Below, piece by piece: positions 34,313 through 48,070 of a stretch of 64,000 bases of DNA (position 1 is the stretch's first letter; every line of letters starts with the position of its first letter). The notes under the pieces are model-generated. The model saw only the letters and a list, made by a program, of their open reading frames with translations. It searched no databases and was not told the origin of the DNA. The DNA is taken from contig NW_003314289.1 of the NCBI RefSeq assembly GCF_000143415.4, forward strand, positions 91,109 through 155,108. The letters run 5' to 3'. Source of the DNA: Selaginella moellendorffii (taxonomy: Eukaryota; Plantae; Lycopodiophyta). The position numbers were made by a program, and so were the translations under genes.

Positions 34313-37091
34313 ATGACGATCAAGTGCGTTCCCCTCGGTAAGCGATCGAATGCGGCATAGCTCGGACTCGCTGTTAGATTTTTTATCTCCTTTGGTGGAT
34401 TCTTCATGGATTTTGATCCAGGAGCCGGCCAGGATGTGGGCAAGAGCTGTGTAATTGTGTCCATGGGAGGAAAGAAGATAATGTTCGATTGCGGGATGCA
34501 TATGGGATATCAAGACGAGCGGCGCTTCCCAGATTTCTCGCAGATCTCCAAAACCGGGGATTTTACTCACGAAATCGACTGCGTCATCGTCACACACTTG
34601 TAAGTAGCTTTCTTTCTTTATTTTTTTTTTTTGGTTCTTGTGGATACGCTCAATGTTTGTGATCACAGCCATTTGGATCATGTTGGAGCTCTACCATATT
34701 TTACTGAAGTTTGTGGTTACGAAGGACCTGTGTATATGACTGTAAGTTGTGTTTGTCCTGTAAAAGGATTCTCTCTATTTCTATTCTGCAGTATCCAACA
34801 AAAGCTTTGGCTCCGATCATGCTGGAAGACTATCGCAAAATTATGGTTGATAGAAGAGGGGAAGAAGAACAGTTCTCGACGCTTCACATTCAGCAATGCA
34901 TGAAGAAAGGTATTCATTCTTGTGCAGTTTCAACACAGTTGGTTTTGCTAATGCGTGCTCGAACTATAGTCATTGCTGTGGACTTGAGGCAAACGATTCG
35001 AGTTAGCAGGGATCTAGCGTTCCGCGCTTACTACGCTGGACATGTAGCCCGCTAAACTTTTAGAAGTTAAAAGAAGAAGAAAATCTTTCTTACATTTGCT
35101 TGCAGGTTCTTGGAGCTGCTATGTTTTATGTGAAGGCCGGAAACAGTACAGTTGTTTATACGGGTGACTATAACATGACTCCGGATCGTCATCTTGGAGC
35201 GGCTCAGATAGACCGATTGAAGCCGGATTTACTGATCACCGAGTATGGCAATCGAGTTCTCTTTCACGCTTCTCATTTTGGTCTGCAGATCGACTTATGC
35301 TACAACTATTCGTGAATCGAGGCTGGCTAAAGAAGCAGAGTTTCTCAACGTGGTATGTGAAAGAGCCTCATTTCTTTCAGCATTTATACAGCATTTGTCG
35401 ATGGTAGGTACATACCTGTGTCAGCAAAGGTGGGAAAGTGCTCATACCTATTTCGGCCCTCGGCAGAGCTCAGGTATTTTATGATTTATTTCAGACAGTA
35501 TCATATCGTTGGTTTCAGGAGCTGTGCATACTTCTGGACGAGTACTGGGAACGCATGAATCTTAAAGTTCCCATCTACTTTTCTGCCGGTACGATTTTTC
35601 TTTTGCATTAATTTCGTGTGCCATTCTTGACATCACTCTTAGGATTGACGATGCAGAGTAACGCGTACTATAAACTCCTGATAAGCTGGACAAATCAGAG
35701 AATTAAAGACACTTACGTGACTCGCAATGCTTTTGACTTCAAGCATGGTAAGAAGGAACCTTCAAGTTCTTCGTGCTCGTTTTCTAACATCAAACTTAAC
35801 AGTTTTTCCATTTGATCGGACGCAACTGGATGGCCCCGGACCGTGTATACTTTTTGCTACGCCCGGGATGCTCACAGGCGGACTGTCCTTGGAAGTTCTA
35901 AAACACTGGGCTCCTGTAGAGCAGAATCTTCTCATCATACCCGGGTCTGGTTTTGCTTTTTGAATAGTTTTTTTATTTTTGTTGGTGCGCTTAAAGGTGA
36001 TGGACCAGGTTTTGTCTCGCGGGAACTGTGGCACAAAAGTTATGTTCCGGAAAGCCCACGCGGGTAGAAGTGGACAAGCGAACGACAATAGATGTTCGAT
36101 GCCAGGTTAGAATATCTTAATTTCTCTTTAAGAAATAGAGCACTAACTTGTGTTTGACGCAGATACATTTGCTCGCTTTTAGTGCTCATACGGACGCTAA
36201 AGGCATCATGGATCTTGTGAGACAAGTCGAGCCTCACAACGTCATCCTCGTCCATGGGGAGAAACTCAAGATGGATGTTTTGAAGGCTCGGATCAACAAT
36301 GAGCTCGGGATACCGTGCCACAATCCCGCCAACCACGATGTCGTCGAGGTACCTTCGCACTGTCTCTTCAACGTCGAAGCCTCCAAAGAGCTTGTGTCTT
36401 TAAGCATGAGTTCGTACTACAGCAGCACACAGTCGGCAATGGAAGACTCCATGACTTCGGACAGATGCAAGCCGGGGATTCCTGTGGAAGGAATTGTGCT
36501 TACTACAAACTCGTCCAAGATCAAACTGGTCCATCCTTTCGAAGTTCCATCAGTTCTGGGTGAGCCGAAGCACGACATATCCTTTAGCAGTGAGGTGGAG
36601 ATCATCTTGGAGGAGGAGGAAAGCGAAGCCGCAGGAAAGCAATCCCACGATGCAGCGACAGAACCATCCAGCAAGAGAGTCCGGAAGGACTTGAAAAGGA
36701 CTTTAAGCCTCGACTTGGAGCGTTTGCCGGAAGAAGCAGAGACCGAGAGCGAGCATCCCAAGGACCAAAAGTTCTTACTCGACATCAACGAAGTCCCGGT
36801 AGCAGGCTCGCCGGAGGAATCACAGCAGGTTTTCACTCCTACTAGCGAAGACTCTCGAAGCTCATGACCAGCGTCTACTCGGAAGCTGTAAGCTGGATCA
36901 AAGAGCTCACTCTGGAGGACAACTGCGTGAGGTGTCGCAGCCTGGAGGTCTCTTTTCTCTGCGGGAAGCTCTGCAAAGAAGATGGCGCTTTGAAACGCAA
37001 GGCCAGCTTGGAGTGTAGATGGAAGTACGAGGAAAATGGTCTGGCGAACAGGATGCTGGGCATTCTCCGAAACTTTGCGGTACAAATCTGA
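34313..37091 (+). CDS. CPSF73-II: Metallo-beta-lactamase/beta-CASP nuclease CPSF73-II (Integrator subunit 11), many short exons; 3' end structure uncertain
   Basis: MTIKCVPL|[21 protein letters not shown]|[10 protein letters not shown]-type motif, YAGH|[31 protein letters not shown] and LVHGE. Confidence 0.92.
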
Positions 37092-37998
37092 GCGATCCAA
37101 GGTGATCTTTCACTCTTGTGTGACTTAACTTTGTTTCTTTCCTTTTACCAAGTGATCTATCTTAGAGTTTTGGCGAGACCATTTTGATATCACTGCAAGT
37201 TAAAGAGATCTTTGGAAAGCTTGGAGGTAACAAAGAACTTAATTTGTGTGAAAGCTCTATGGAATCTAACGTTAGCTCTTCGTCCCTCCATCAGTGCTTA
37301 AACAAGCTTATCAGGTTATGGGCCGACATCAGATGTAACAAGAGTTCGTTAACACGTCCTCCATCCAAGCGCCAAAAGAATAATCTTCGATAAGTGGAGC
37401 ACATGGGTGATAATATTAATTATACGTTAGTCTAATCACAGCTTTAGCCATTTTAAATCTCCCTCCACTTGGTTAGAACCCTAGCTGGCAGGGAACAGGG
37501 CGATGGTGCGCTTCCACGAGCCGCCGCTTGGCGCTTTGATCCTCCCCACGGTAAGAATCGCGTGCCAGATCGCTGTCGCGAGGGATAGTTTAGTGGAGCG
37601 CCTGCGCTCTTGCGGGAGATCTGGCATTTTTTTATCATGGATTTCGTTCTATGATGCGGGCTTCTTTGCGAGATTTGCTCTGTCCTGGCCTTGCAAGTGG
37701 ATGATATATGCATCGATTGCGTGATCCTTGCGATTCTTGCTATGCCCGAATGCTGATTGAGCTGCGCGTCTTTGTCATTGACCCTCGAAGAGGCGCGAAG
37801 CTTTTTCACTGGGAAAATTCTTTCTTATTGTGTTGTTGTGTGTACAGTCCTTACAGCTGCTGGTACGAGTGACAAGCAAGGAAAGGAACGTCGTGGTGGT
37901 CTTTCTTTTTGAGGAGGAAGCTGAGCTCCAGTTTCCTGTGAAGGACTCTCTCGCGCGAGCTCGAAAATCGAGACTAGTATATTGGATCTCCGGCAAGG

Positions 37999-40900
37999 AT
38001 GGACGAGCGTCTCCAAGTTGTGGTGGACAAGGCTCAAGTGGCTGATCACGACGAAAACGACGATAAGGAAGAGTGCTCCAAGTGCTCCAGGTGCATGAAG
38101 AGAGCCAAGCTGAGGAAATGGAGACCGGGGATTTTCAGGAGAGCCAGAGTGGAGCGCAACCCGCTCGTGGCTCTCGAGAAATGCCGATCGAGTTACTATG
38201 GAGTTTTTGGAGCTCGAATTGCGATCATGGTCAGTAAGTAGAGTGCCAGTGACTGTATCAGTTTGGTGTCTGACGCGTCCTTCTTTTGCAGTTGATGCTC
38301 GCCATTCTGATCGGCTTGATCACCATCTTGACCTGGCACTTCACAACAGCTTACGCTACGAAGTCCATCAAGAGCCTGGCTTACAGCTTGCGGGTGGAGC
38401 TGCTAAAGAGGACCATATCCAGATCATGGAACTTGATAAGCACGACTCTGGACGCTACCACTACACTGGCGAATTTGTCCGACTATATGATCCCGAAACA
38501 TTTCTCCTCAAGTGTTCCTGCTACACCAAATGGTTCTCATCCGTCCCACCAGGTAAAACAGTTTTCATTTCGTGCTACAGTCTTATGGACTTACACACAG
38601 CCGCAGCACTTGGTGATGAGAAACATTACATGGGCGGTGTTCTCGAGTCGCCAGTCGCTGAAGACGCTGAGCGTTCTGTATTCAAACGGACAGCTGCTGG
38701 CTTTTGACCGGAATCCTCTGAACAACAAAACTTACTACTTGTTCTCCAACAACTCAGCCGCTTCCACTTTGGGTACAGAGTTTCTCGAATCTGTTGAAGC
38801 CTCGACAACAGGTCAGTGGTACAAAGAAGAGCTGAATCCTTCTACTGGTCAGCCCATAGATTCGGCAGTTTCCATACCTTCGGTGAACTTCAGTGACTAC
38901 ACTGGAAACGTATCTACCCTCAAGACCGGCGAAACGTTCTGGCACGTAGCAGTCGGCTCGACGGACAACGAGTGCCTCTTGTCATCGGCGGCCGATGTGA
39001 GACATCCAGTTACAAACGAACTTATGGCAACAGTGGTCGTAACTTCAGCACTTTCGGGGATCAGCAACCTGATGAAGGACCTTGCAAGGAACTACAGTGG
39101 ATCTTTCTACCTTACTTCCTACGATGGTCTGCTACTTGCGTCATCCAGCAACCATTCTCTTGTGAGGGTGTTATCTCATGGGCCAAAGTTGACACCAGCA
39201 GTGGACGCGCAAGATTCCGTCATCAGAGATGGTGCAAGGTGGCTGCGAGAGTATCACACCGATAGCATTCTTAAACAGAAGGAGGTTCATGCCGAAGACG
39301 TCGTCCTCGGAGGGAAAAAATTTTATATCGACTCCTTCTATTGGAATTTAACTGGACTGCCTTTGGTAAGCAACCGGTTATCTAAGCTCCTCCATTCTCA
39401 AACTTTAACATTACAGATCGGAGTAATATTACTGCCACGATCCTACGTTTTGGGAGATGTCGATGACAGGGGCCGCACCACGCTCATAATCCTTGTCTCG
39501 GTGGCGATAAGCATCCTCGTTGTAGGATGCTTGTTGATACTTATTTTCACAAGCGGAGTATCCACCGAGATGAAGCTTCGTTCCGAGCTTATAAAACACC
39601 TTCATGCTAGGCAGCGCGCAGAAGCATCTAGTAATTACAAAAGTCAGTTCCTTGCTAATATGAGGTACGCTCTATCTACATGTTCGATAAATCTTTGTTG
39701 ACACTTTTTTTTATTTTAGCCACGAACTCCGAACACCAATGGCTGCTGTTATTGGTCTTTTGGATATACTGCTTACAGATGCATGCCTCACAGTGGAGCA
39801 AATTGCTATCGTCTCTCAGATCAGGCACTGCTCAACAGCATTGCTACGCCTCCTTAATAATATTCTGGACTTGAGTAAGGTAGCTTTCAGATTTGGCGCT
39901 TCAAGAATCGGCATTGAATCTGTTTTTGACAGGTGGAATCTGGAAAGTTAGTTCTTGAAAAGGTCGACTTTAACATTCGTCATGAACTTGAAGCTGTGAT
40001 TGACATGTTTTCTGTGCAATGCGTTGACATTGATATCGTTCTCGACCTCGCAGGTAAACGTTGTCTGTGCAGTCTTCGCTTGTATATTAATCTTGTTGGT
40101 TTTTTAGATAACGTTCCCCAGATGGTTCGTGGGGACTTAACAAGGACAGTTCAGATTTTTGCGAATTTGATTGGCAACTCAATCAAGTTCACTTCATGTA
40201 CTTAGTGAGCCAGCCAAGATTTACTGTGATGTTCTCAAAAATCTTTTCGTGCTGCAGCTGGGTATATTACAATACGTGGCTGGGCAGAACCATTTGTATC
40301 ACGATACGAGCCGTTGGAAGCGTCAGGAGGTCACATTGAGAAATTCCTTTTGTGGTTTGAAGTTGATGATTCTGGATGTGGTAAGTTTGTTCCCATGAAC
40401 ACATTTTCTCCATAACAATTATTTGAGCAGGAATTGATCCAAGCAAATGGGAGACAGTGTTCGATAGTTTCGTCCAAGCAGATACTTCAACAAGTCGAAC
40501 GTATAACAGACTTTCTTTACATTTTACGACACTGATAATGTTTGTGTTTCGTATTTCAGACATGGAGGAACCGGCCTTGGCCTTTGCATCGTCCGTTCTT
40601 TGGTTTGTATATCGTTTAAGAGCCTCTTTTCCTGATTTAGTAGCAAACAGGTTAGCAAAATGGGAGGAGAGATAAAGGTTGTGAAGAAGGAAGAGCCAGG
40701 AACTTTGATGCGGTTCTATCTTATGTACGACTCTCCATTCGAAGTATCCACTCCAGATAACACCACGCATTTGGCTCAATCGCCTTCTTTTCCTGTTGAC
40801 ATGAACCAGTTCAAGGTAACTCAATCCTGACAACCAGAACATTGTCGTCGACAGGTTTACTTGTTACACAGGTTCTTATTGGAATGAAAGGAATGAAGCT

Positions 40901-42146
40901 GAGGTCTTTCCTGACTGACTGGGTCGCCGAACAGAGACTCGACGTTAGCAGCACTGAAGATTGGAACAGCCTTATCGGGCATATGGACAAGGAACTTCCA
41001 GATAGCGAAAGCAGCAAAAAGTTATTGGTCGTCCTGGACACGAGGCTACTGCCAGCGAACCTCGAGGCCCTTACGGATCACCTCAACGCGCTAAACAACT
41101 TCAGCAAACGAGGTGCTCTGGTATCCTGGGTGTTGAATCATGACACACCAGCATCAGTGAAGATGAGGATACGTGACAAAGGATACTCCATCATGGTCAA
41201 CAAGCCTCTCTACAAGTCCAAGCTTTTCATGCTGCTCAAGTCGCTGGTAGGAACTCTACCAGACAGCTTCTGCTTCATTCCCGGGCTCCAGTGGAAAGAT
41301 GGCATCCTTGGCCTCAGAAACACTAGCGTGGATTATGCACAGGACACTATTTGGTACGGCAAAGAGCCCCCAAAGGCACTGGAGAGATTGTCGAAAAGAA
41401 TGGACCTCATCCTTGGAGAAGTTGCGAGTCACGTATCTCAAAAGACACACTGTGGAGACGACGAGGACGGGTTTAGCAGCACCAGAGGCTCGCAGGACAT
41501 CAGCCACAGAGCGATGGAGCTCAAGGAATACACAGACGAGGAACGAAAAGAAGTGGAATTGGCAGCAAAGATCCAGCCAGCTCCGTGTGTTTCGTCAACA
41601 ATACCGCCAGTAGCTCCCAAAACTCCGGCCACTGTGGAACAGATCGTCAAGCCTCGGGCCTCGCTGACGGGAATACACATACTCCTCGCGGAAGACACGC
41701 CGGTGATCCAAAAGGTGGCAGTGGTTCTTCTCAAGAAACTTGGAGCTACTGTGGTTGCCGTGGCCGATGGACAGGCCGCAGTGGAGGCTTGGAAGGGGAG
41801 CTTGAAAGATCAAGCGGTAGTAGACGAAGAGCGCAAGCCATTCGATCTCATTCTCATGGACTGCCAGGTATGGAGCTAGATCTTTCTCGTTCTCGCTGAT
41901 CCTTGAGAAAACTTTTGGTTCCAGATGCCGAGAATGGATGGATATGGTGCCACTAGAGAAATCCGCAAAGCCGAGGAGGGCAGTGGCAGCCATGTCCCAA
42001 TAGTGGCGCTCACTGCTCATGCGATGTCCTCAGACGAGGAGAGGTGTTTGGAGGTGGGCATGGACGCATACCTCACCAAGCCCATAGATTGTAAGCTCAT
42101 GGCCACCACCATTTTATCATTGACAAAGAAGATTGTATGGACCTAG
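37999..42146 (+). CDS. AHK1: Hybrid histidine kinase of the AHK1 (osmosensor) type
   Basis: [14 protein letters not shown]|[18 protein letters not shown] (TM1), second [16 protein letters not shown]|[16 protein letters not shown] (H-box), [20 protein letters not shown], and receiver [13 protein letters not shown]|MPRMDG..YLTKP. Confidence 0.93.
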
Positions 42147-43099
42147 CAAAAAAACTCCAAAGTCAATGTAAGTCAAATAATGGCAACATAAACCAAGTGA
42201 AAGTCAAAGAAGTCAAGTCATTGTATAAAGTCAAATAAAGTCAAGTTAACTTCAAATGGATGCTCTTTAGTTCTGTGATTGCTTCCTAAACCCTCTCACA
42301 AAGAGATGGAGATTCCTGGGCACATAAAAAGATTCTAAGAATACCAATCACATCAATCTCATAACATATGCTTCCCTATTAAGGCAATGCACCTGCAAGT
42401 GAGATCTCCCCAATAGTTGGCAAATCCATGCCCACATCCTTGCATCAGGACAGGGTAGTAACATCTTTCTTTCCAATCTTCTCCTCCACATGTTGAAAAT
42501 TCAATTTCATATGCCATATGTGTTTTAAAAGCATTTATACTATTAATAAATAATTTATTTTAATGACTTGTTATTGTAATTCCCATGATCAAACTTTTTA
42601 TTATGTTGTGGCCATATATTTTTCTTCATTTTGCATGCAACTAAGTATTTTATAGTGTTTAATCCATCATTCTTACCAGTAATAGTTTGTATATAATTTC
42701 AGAAACATTATTAAATATATGCATGTGATCCTTTAAGAATGCTATTAGCAATTTTACCATTAAGTTTTTATATCTGATCTTTTTGTCTAACCAAATAATA
42801 TCTGTTGTCAATTGTTCTGTAGTAATCTGTCTTAATATTAGTTGAATACAATTGTGACTATTAAATAAATTAATTTCAATTAATTATTAATATTAAATAA
42901 AATATTATATTTAAATTTAAATAAATATTTAATACTGATAGCCAATATATATTCTTCATCAAGCATTATTTATGGTTTTTAAATTTTTTTGTAAAATAGA
43001 ATGCAAAACTTGAAATATCTATATCTAAAGGTTTGTTATTATACAATGCTAAATAGTTATTTGTATTCCATAATTTATATCTCTATTTCATTATAGTAG

Positions 43100-43500
43100 C
43101 ACTTAATTGCAGAATATAGAAAACAAATTCAACTTAATACAAAAGAGCATGAACATATTTACTTTTATGTTTGAAAAGGAAATGCAACCTATTATTCAGA
43201 AATATCAATAAGCAAGAATTGAAAGAGATAATGCAAAAATGCAATATATTATTGACCATCTAGACTAACAAGTTTCTGAAAATTTACATTTGCATAATAG
43301 ATGCACCACTATGGTAAATTAAAACTAGTATTAATCCATTATTAATTCATTTTAAATTTTAGGCCATGAGTTATACAACATATTGGATTGATGGAAAACA
43401 TTTTAGAGTTTCTTGAATAGATGCAAATAAGAAAACAATGGATAGCATTTTAATTGCATTGAGGAATTGACAACAGCCTTGTATTCATTTACAAGGTATG
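43100..43500 (+). mobile_element. Probable CACTA (En/Spm) transposase remnant within AT-rich DNA
   Basis: 43363 onward reads AMSYTTYWIDGKHFRVS*IDANKKTMDS, resembling the A.SY.GY.INGY.F....D..RKTQNS segment of CACTA Tnp2. Confidence 0.45.
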
Positions 43501-44499
43501 TATTTTGATTTATCTTAGTTTTATAACTATTATATTACATATGTACATTCATGAGGTAAACTCTGGATCATTTAAGAGAATTATTTTTAAAGTTGAATGG
43601 TTCATTATTGAGTAAAGAACAGTGAGAATGGAGGAAATGATTGATCAAGTAAAACCTTTGGATGGGAATATTTTTATATATCCAAAGTTCTTTAAACCCA
43701 TTCTTGGAGTATTTACCAATGGCCTGGTCGTAAATTTTCTTTACAATTGAGACGAAGGCTAACAAGTGAGAAGCCCTGTTCCTGTGCGAAGCTCCATCAT
43801 TCAGCTTCGTCGCTTCTCCTAATTGCCTAAGATCCAAAAAGCCGAAAGACGCTCAGCCATGGTCATTTGCCTCAGCTGGAAATGAGCTGCCCAAATGAAG
43901 GATTCAGCTAGAATAGTCCAACTTTTGGTATCAGAATTTAGGGTTAAAAGATTTTTTAGCTGCAAGCCACCAGGGGAAAGAAGAGACTCCCAAGGTCATC
44001 TTCCAGATCTGGGGGATCCGTGGCAGCGGCAAATCGGACAAGCTCCACTTCTACGATGCTTAAGGTTATTTTCCGTATCATTGGGAGTGGCAAATCCGAC
44101 AAGCTCCACTTCTAAGACGCGGCATTCTGGCTCTACGATCACCATCGCCAAGGTTGCCCTGGTCGGCTACTGCAAGGATCTCCTAGAGCTCGTCCAGCAG
44201 ATCCTGGAAGGCGAGGTGGTGACAGCGCAGAGGATAGGAGGAGTGCAAGAACAAGAGACATGGCGTAAATATATATAAACAAAACACACTGTTTCGTCTA
44301 TGAAAAATGACAAAAAAAATCTTCTGGAGTTTCTTGAAAACTATGCTGCGACTTTGCGTAAACTTACAAAAAAAAAATGCAAGTGGACGATGATATGAAG
44401 CGCAAGGTATGTGTAACTATTACTAGTGCTGCTTGATGTTCACAAGCGCTTGAGTGAAAATCGTTGTCCAGGGTGCAGGGAAAGGCCACAAGACCTCTT

Positions 44500-45037
44500 T
44501 AACCTCATGGATCCATGTATTCTGCCGTGTATCTCATTGGAGTTTGCAACTTAGCAGGGTTGTTTCATTAGAGCAAGATGTATACTATCGAGAAAAAGCT
44601 GCTGGAATGTATTCAGCTCTCCCCTATGCCTATGCTCAGGTAGCTTTGGGTATGGTGGCAAGAATCTTACTTGAAACTGTCCTTTTCAGGTGATCATCGA
44701 ACTATTCTACATTTTTGTTCCCCTTCCTCTTCTTCACACTCTACGGGCGTGGCAATCACGCCCAACAAGAGGGTGGCGGCAATTTGTTCCACTGGATTCT
44801 ACACGCTGTGGAACCTCCCTCTTCTCGGGAAGAACTCTATATGGAATCATCACTTCTCAGCTCGGGGATATCACCACGTCGTTGAGCCCAGTGCAAGAGT
44901 TTTCGAGAGACTACTTGGGCTACGAGCGCCATTTCCTGGGTGTGGTCGCAGGCGTGTGCATCAAGTTGTTGTCTCGTCGTCACAATCGCGATCTTCTTCG
45001 GCCTGTGCATCGAGTTGTTGAACTTCCAGAGACGATG
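44500..45037 (+). pseudogene. 3' fragment of a PDR/ABCG transporter gene
   Basis: EQDVYYREKAAGMYSALPYAYAQ|VIIE, VAITPN, TLYGIITSQLGD, DYLGY and LNFQRR*, with deletions and frameshifts. Confidence 0.88.
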
Positions 45038-45094
45038 AAGCATCGCGGATGTAAACAAATTAACGCTTAATCTGATTAATTCAATGACTGCGCC

Positions 45095-46213
45095 GTGTCT
45101 TATCTAAGCATGGCACCATCCGGCCTGGAGCAGGTGCTACTCACGCCGCCTATTGACGCTGGATGCACTGCCGAGGCCGTGTATGGTGCTTGTTACAAGC
45201 GTGTCCCGCTCCAAAACATGAAGTTTTACCAGCGTTTCCCTCAGGATGAAGAGCTCGTCCGGGAGATTGTTTTACACTTGGCAAGTAGGGGGTGAGTCGA
45301 TCTTTTCTTGCCATTTATATTTATATAAAGTGTGTGTGGCAAGCTCACACCAAGGAGCTTTCAGTTGCTTGGCTTGACAGGATTGGGATCTCTGGCTTTG
45401 AAAACCTACCTTCTTTTCTTTGTGTTTTTCTTCCTCATTCACTATAATTTATTTTTTCTTTTATTTCCTTCAGGTTGGGAGCGAGCATGGGATCCTGTTC
45501 TTGTACCTGGCATTAGCAAGCATCTTAGCTACACATTTCTTCAAGCGGTAGGATATTATCAACCCTTTGTCTCAAACGCTTTTTATTTTAACACTACTTC
45601 ATGTATAGTTTGAGAACTGGCTGGATTTCGATACAAATCCTTTAAATGCACTGATGCACGAGCCTATCTACTGTCAGGTACGTCGGCCAAATGCAGTTCT
45701 CCGGAGGTGCCAATAGCGTGATCATGCTTCAGGGTGCGGCATCAAACTGGGCAGCACAAAAAGTAAGAGATGAACTGGATGAGCAGTTTGATCCAGTCTT
45801 TGCTGCAAAACATAGCGAGCCCGTTCTTTTCACGGGAGAGGTATGATTGGTCTTCTTCTGCTGATTTCCTGGCGAACGCTTGTCTCAGATGGTGTATTCA
45901 TGGATCTTTGACGAGATAAAACCGTTGCATTCTCTAAAGGAGGCTGCAAACCTCCTAGCCGAGAAACGAGATTGGCCAGTTCTCTACAACCATGAGGTTT
46001 TACGCTCTAACAAGGTGCACTTTTTCTTTTCTCTATTCTCCTTTTGCGCAGAAGACATTCTTTGGCTGTGTCGTTCAGGTGCCCATGTACGTAAATGTGA
46101 ACTTGTCAGAGGCGACGGCTGCGTCCATACCAAGAATAAGGCTGTGGATCACTAACGAGTTCATGCAAGATGGCTATCATCTCCTTGCGATGCTAAAAGG
46201 ACTTTCCTTTTAA
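45095..46213 (+). pseudogene. 5'-truncated, deleted proline iminopeptidase (alpha/beta hydrolase) gene with introns
   Basis: QNMKFYQRFPQD, LTPRSFQLLGL, FDTNPLNALMHEPIYCQ, PVLFTGE|MVYSWIFDE, AEKRDWPVLY, MYVN and LWITNEFM. No N-terminal half and the catalytic His region is missing. Confidence 0.8.
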
Positions 46214-46261
46214 CTTTCGAAATTCCTTTAGCTCTTAGGGTGGTCAGGGTTAGGGTTCCAC

Positions 46262-47249
46262 ATGGAGGGAGCAATTGGCGCCATCTTTCCCGCCGGAGCT
46301 GATGAAGAATTCGCCGGATCGGCTCCACCGGACGGAGGTATGGCATCTCACCTAGCAGCGCAAGAGCCGCCAGAAGAAGAAGCTGAGCGAGATGTGCGAG
46401 AAAGCGGTCAAGTGGACGATGATATGAAGCTCAGGGTAAGCGTAGCTATGGCAATACTCGTTTACTAGTGCTGCTTGATGCTCACAGGTGCTTGAGCTGC
46501 TGCGGAGGTGTGAAAAGTGGAAGAAATTCAAGGGGTTTAGGAAGTACTACTTGACCTCGGTTCCCACCGAGGATGATGTTGTCGTTGTCCACCCGCTTGA
46601 GGTATGTTGTCTTGAGGCTGTTTAGATGCTCACTCAAGTTTCTGGCCGCCACAGAAGAGCACAACCGCAGAGCAATGGAAGCACGTAATCACGTATAACA
46701 GGTCAGAGAAATCTCTCCAGTGACACCACATAATGACATGACGCTTGTGTGCTTGCAGGACTTGTTCCCAGCGCAGCTGCGAAATTCTCTACACACTTTT
46801 ACGTTCGGAGTATTTCCCTCCGGAGCACAACAATGGGCGTTACATGATCCTGCATGTATGGAGAGGCGAGCAGCACCCTGATGCAGTATGGCCAAGCAGC
46901 TTCACAAAGCGTGCTCGGAGGAGACGGAACAAAAAGTATCGAGAAGAGTTTCATGCGCGATCATCGTCACCGCCGGTGCAGCTACAGGTTCTTCCATTCT
47001 CTTCGTTTAAGTTTTCCCTTGACTCATTCCCTTTTGCTCCAGGCCTACTGTGTGGGTGAAGGAAACGACCAAGTTTCATCGTGCTTTTCAACTGTAGCTG
47101 CCGAGCCAGAGGTGTGGCCCCGCACTTACGCAGCCTCATATCGCCGGTTGTGGGATTTGGTGAGGCAGATTGCAGCTATCGACAAGGAGACGGGAACTTG
47201 TCCTCGAGAGCTCTTGGAAGAAGCCAGCAAGCTTGAATACCGTTGTTGA
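46262..47249 (+). other. Unidentified spliced gene or pseudogene behind telo-boxes
   Basis: TAGGG repeats at 46236-46257, ATG at 46262, several GT-AG junctions. Its first intron region is duplicated at 44383-44454. Confidence 0.35.
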
Positions 47250-48070
47250 TGGGGTGACTTTCATCAAACAGATTGTACCATCATTCTGGTCAGCTTTTTT
47301 GTTGATGCAAAAGACGAGATGATCAAAGCAGCACTCACCAAAGGAGGTGTTGCAGCTCGGCCATGGAAGTTGTTTGCAGAAAGCTCTTAACACGTCCTCT
47401 TTATATTGCAGTTCCTTGAAAAAACTACAAGTCATCAAGGGACATTGTTTTTTCTTCCACTTTAGATACTCATACCACTCATGGATGGTGGAGCTCCTTC
47501 GGCATTGAAGTACTCTTCCCAGGATCTCTTCTTCTTGTCAAACATTTCAATCACTTGGACTTCCATTCCTTTTTCCCAATTTGATTTTGGTCCGCTGGAG
47601 TGGTGGACGATTGCAGGGCCGCCACAGCTGCTTGGTACTTTCTGGTAGGCCGTGTACAATGATTCGATGCCTATCTCGAACAAATCCAGTGGCAAGGAAT
47701 CCATGGCGGCCACACCTCCCTCGCCGATTGCAAGTTTGTCCCCAGTTTCAACTTCAATGTTGCCTAACTGGTGTAGCTTGATGGTAGAGGCAGAAATCGT
47801 CTTCTTGTTCACCACCATAAACTCTGCGCCTTCACCCATGTCCTTGGTGAGTTGTTGAAGCACTCCACTTCATCTTCAACCTTGCCAGAAGGTCCTCACC
47901 ATTTGCTACTGCTTCTTTGTGTTGTTTTTGGAGAATCATCCACAGGACAAGCTTGGGTATATAACTGTGTCCACTGAAGCCCACAAAGAAGTCACCTCCT
48001 GCCCATAATTGCCTGCATTTGTCTTCGTAACGTGGAGGCTGCCCGCTTGTGATCTGAAAGAACAATAGAG
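47250..48070 (-). pseudogene. Unidentified frameshifted coding remnant
   Basis: Three adjacent protein-like ORFs in different frames (47832-48065, 47462-47863, 47136-47438). Confidence 0.3.
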
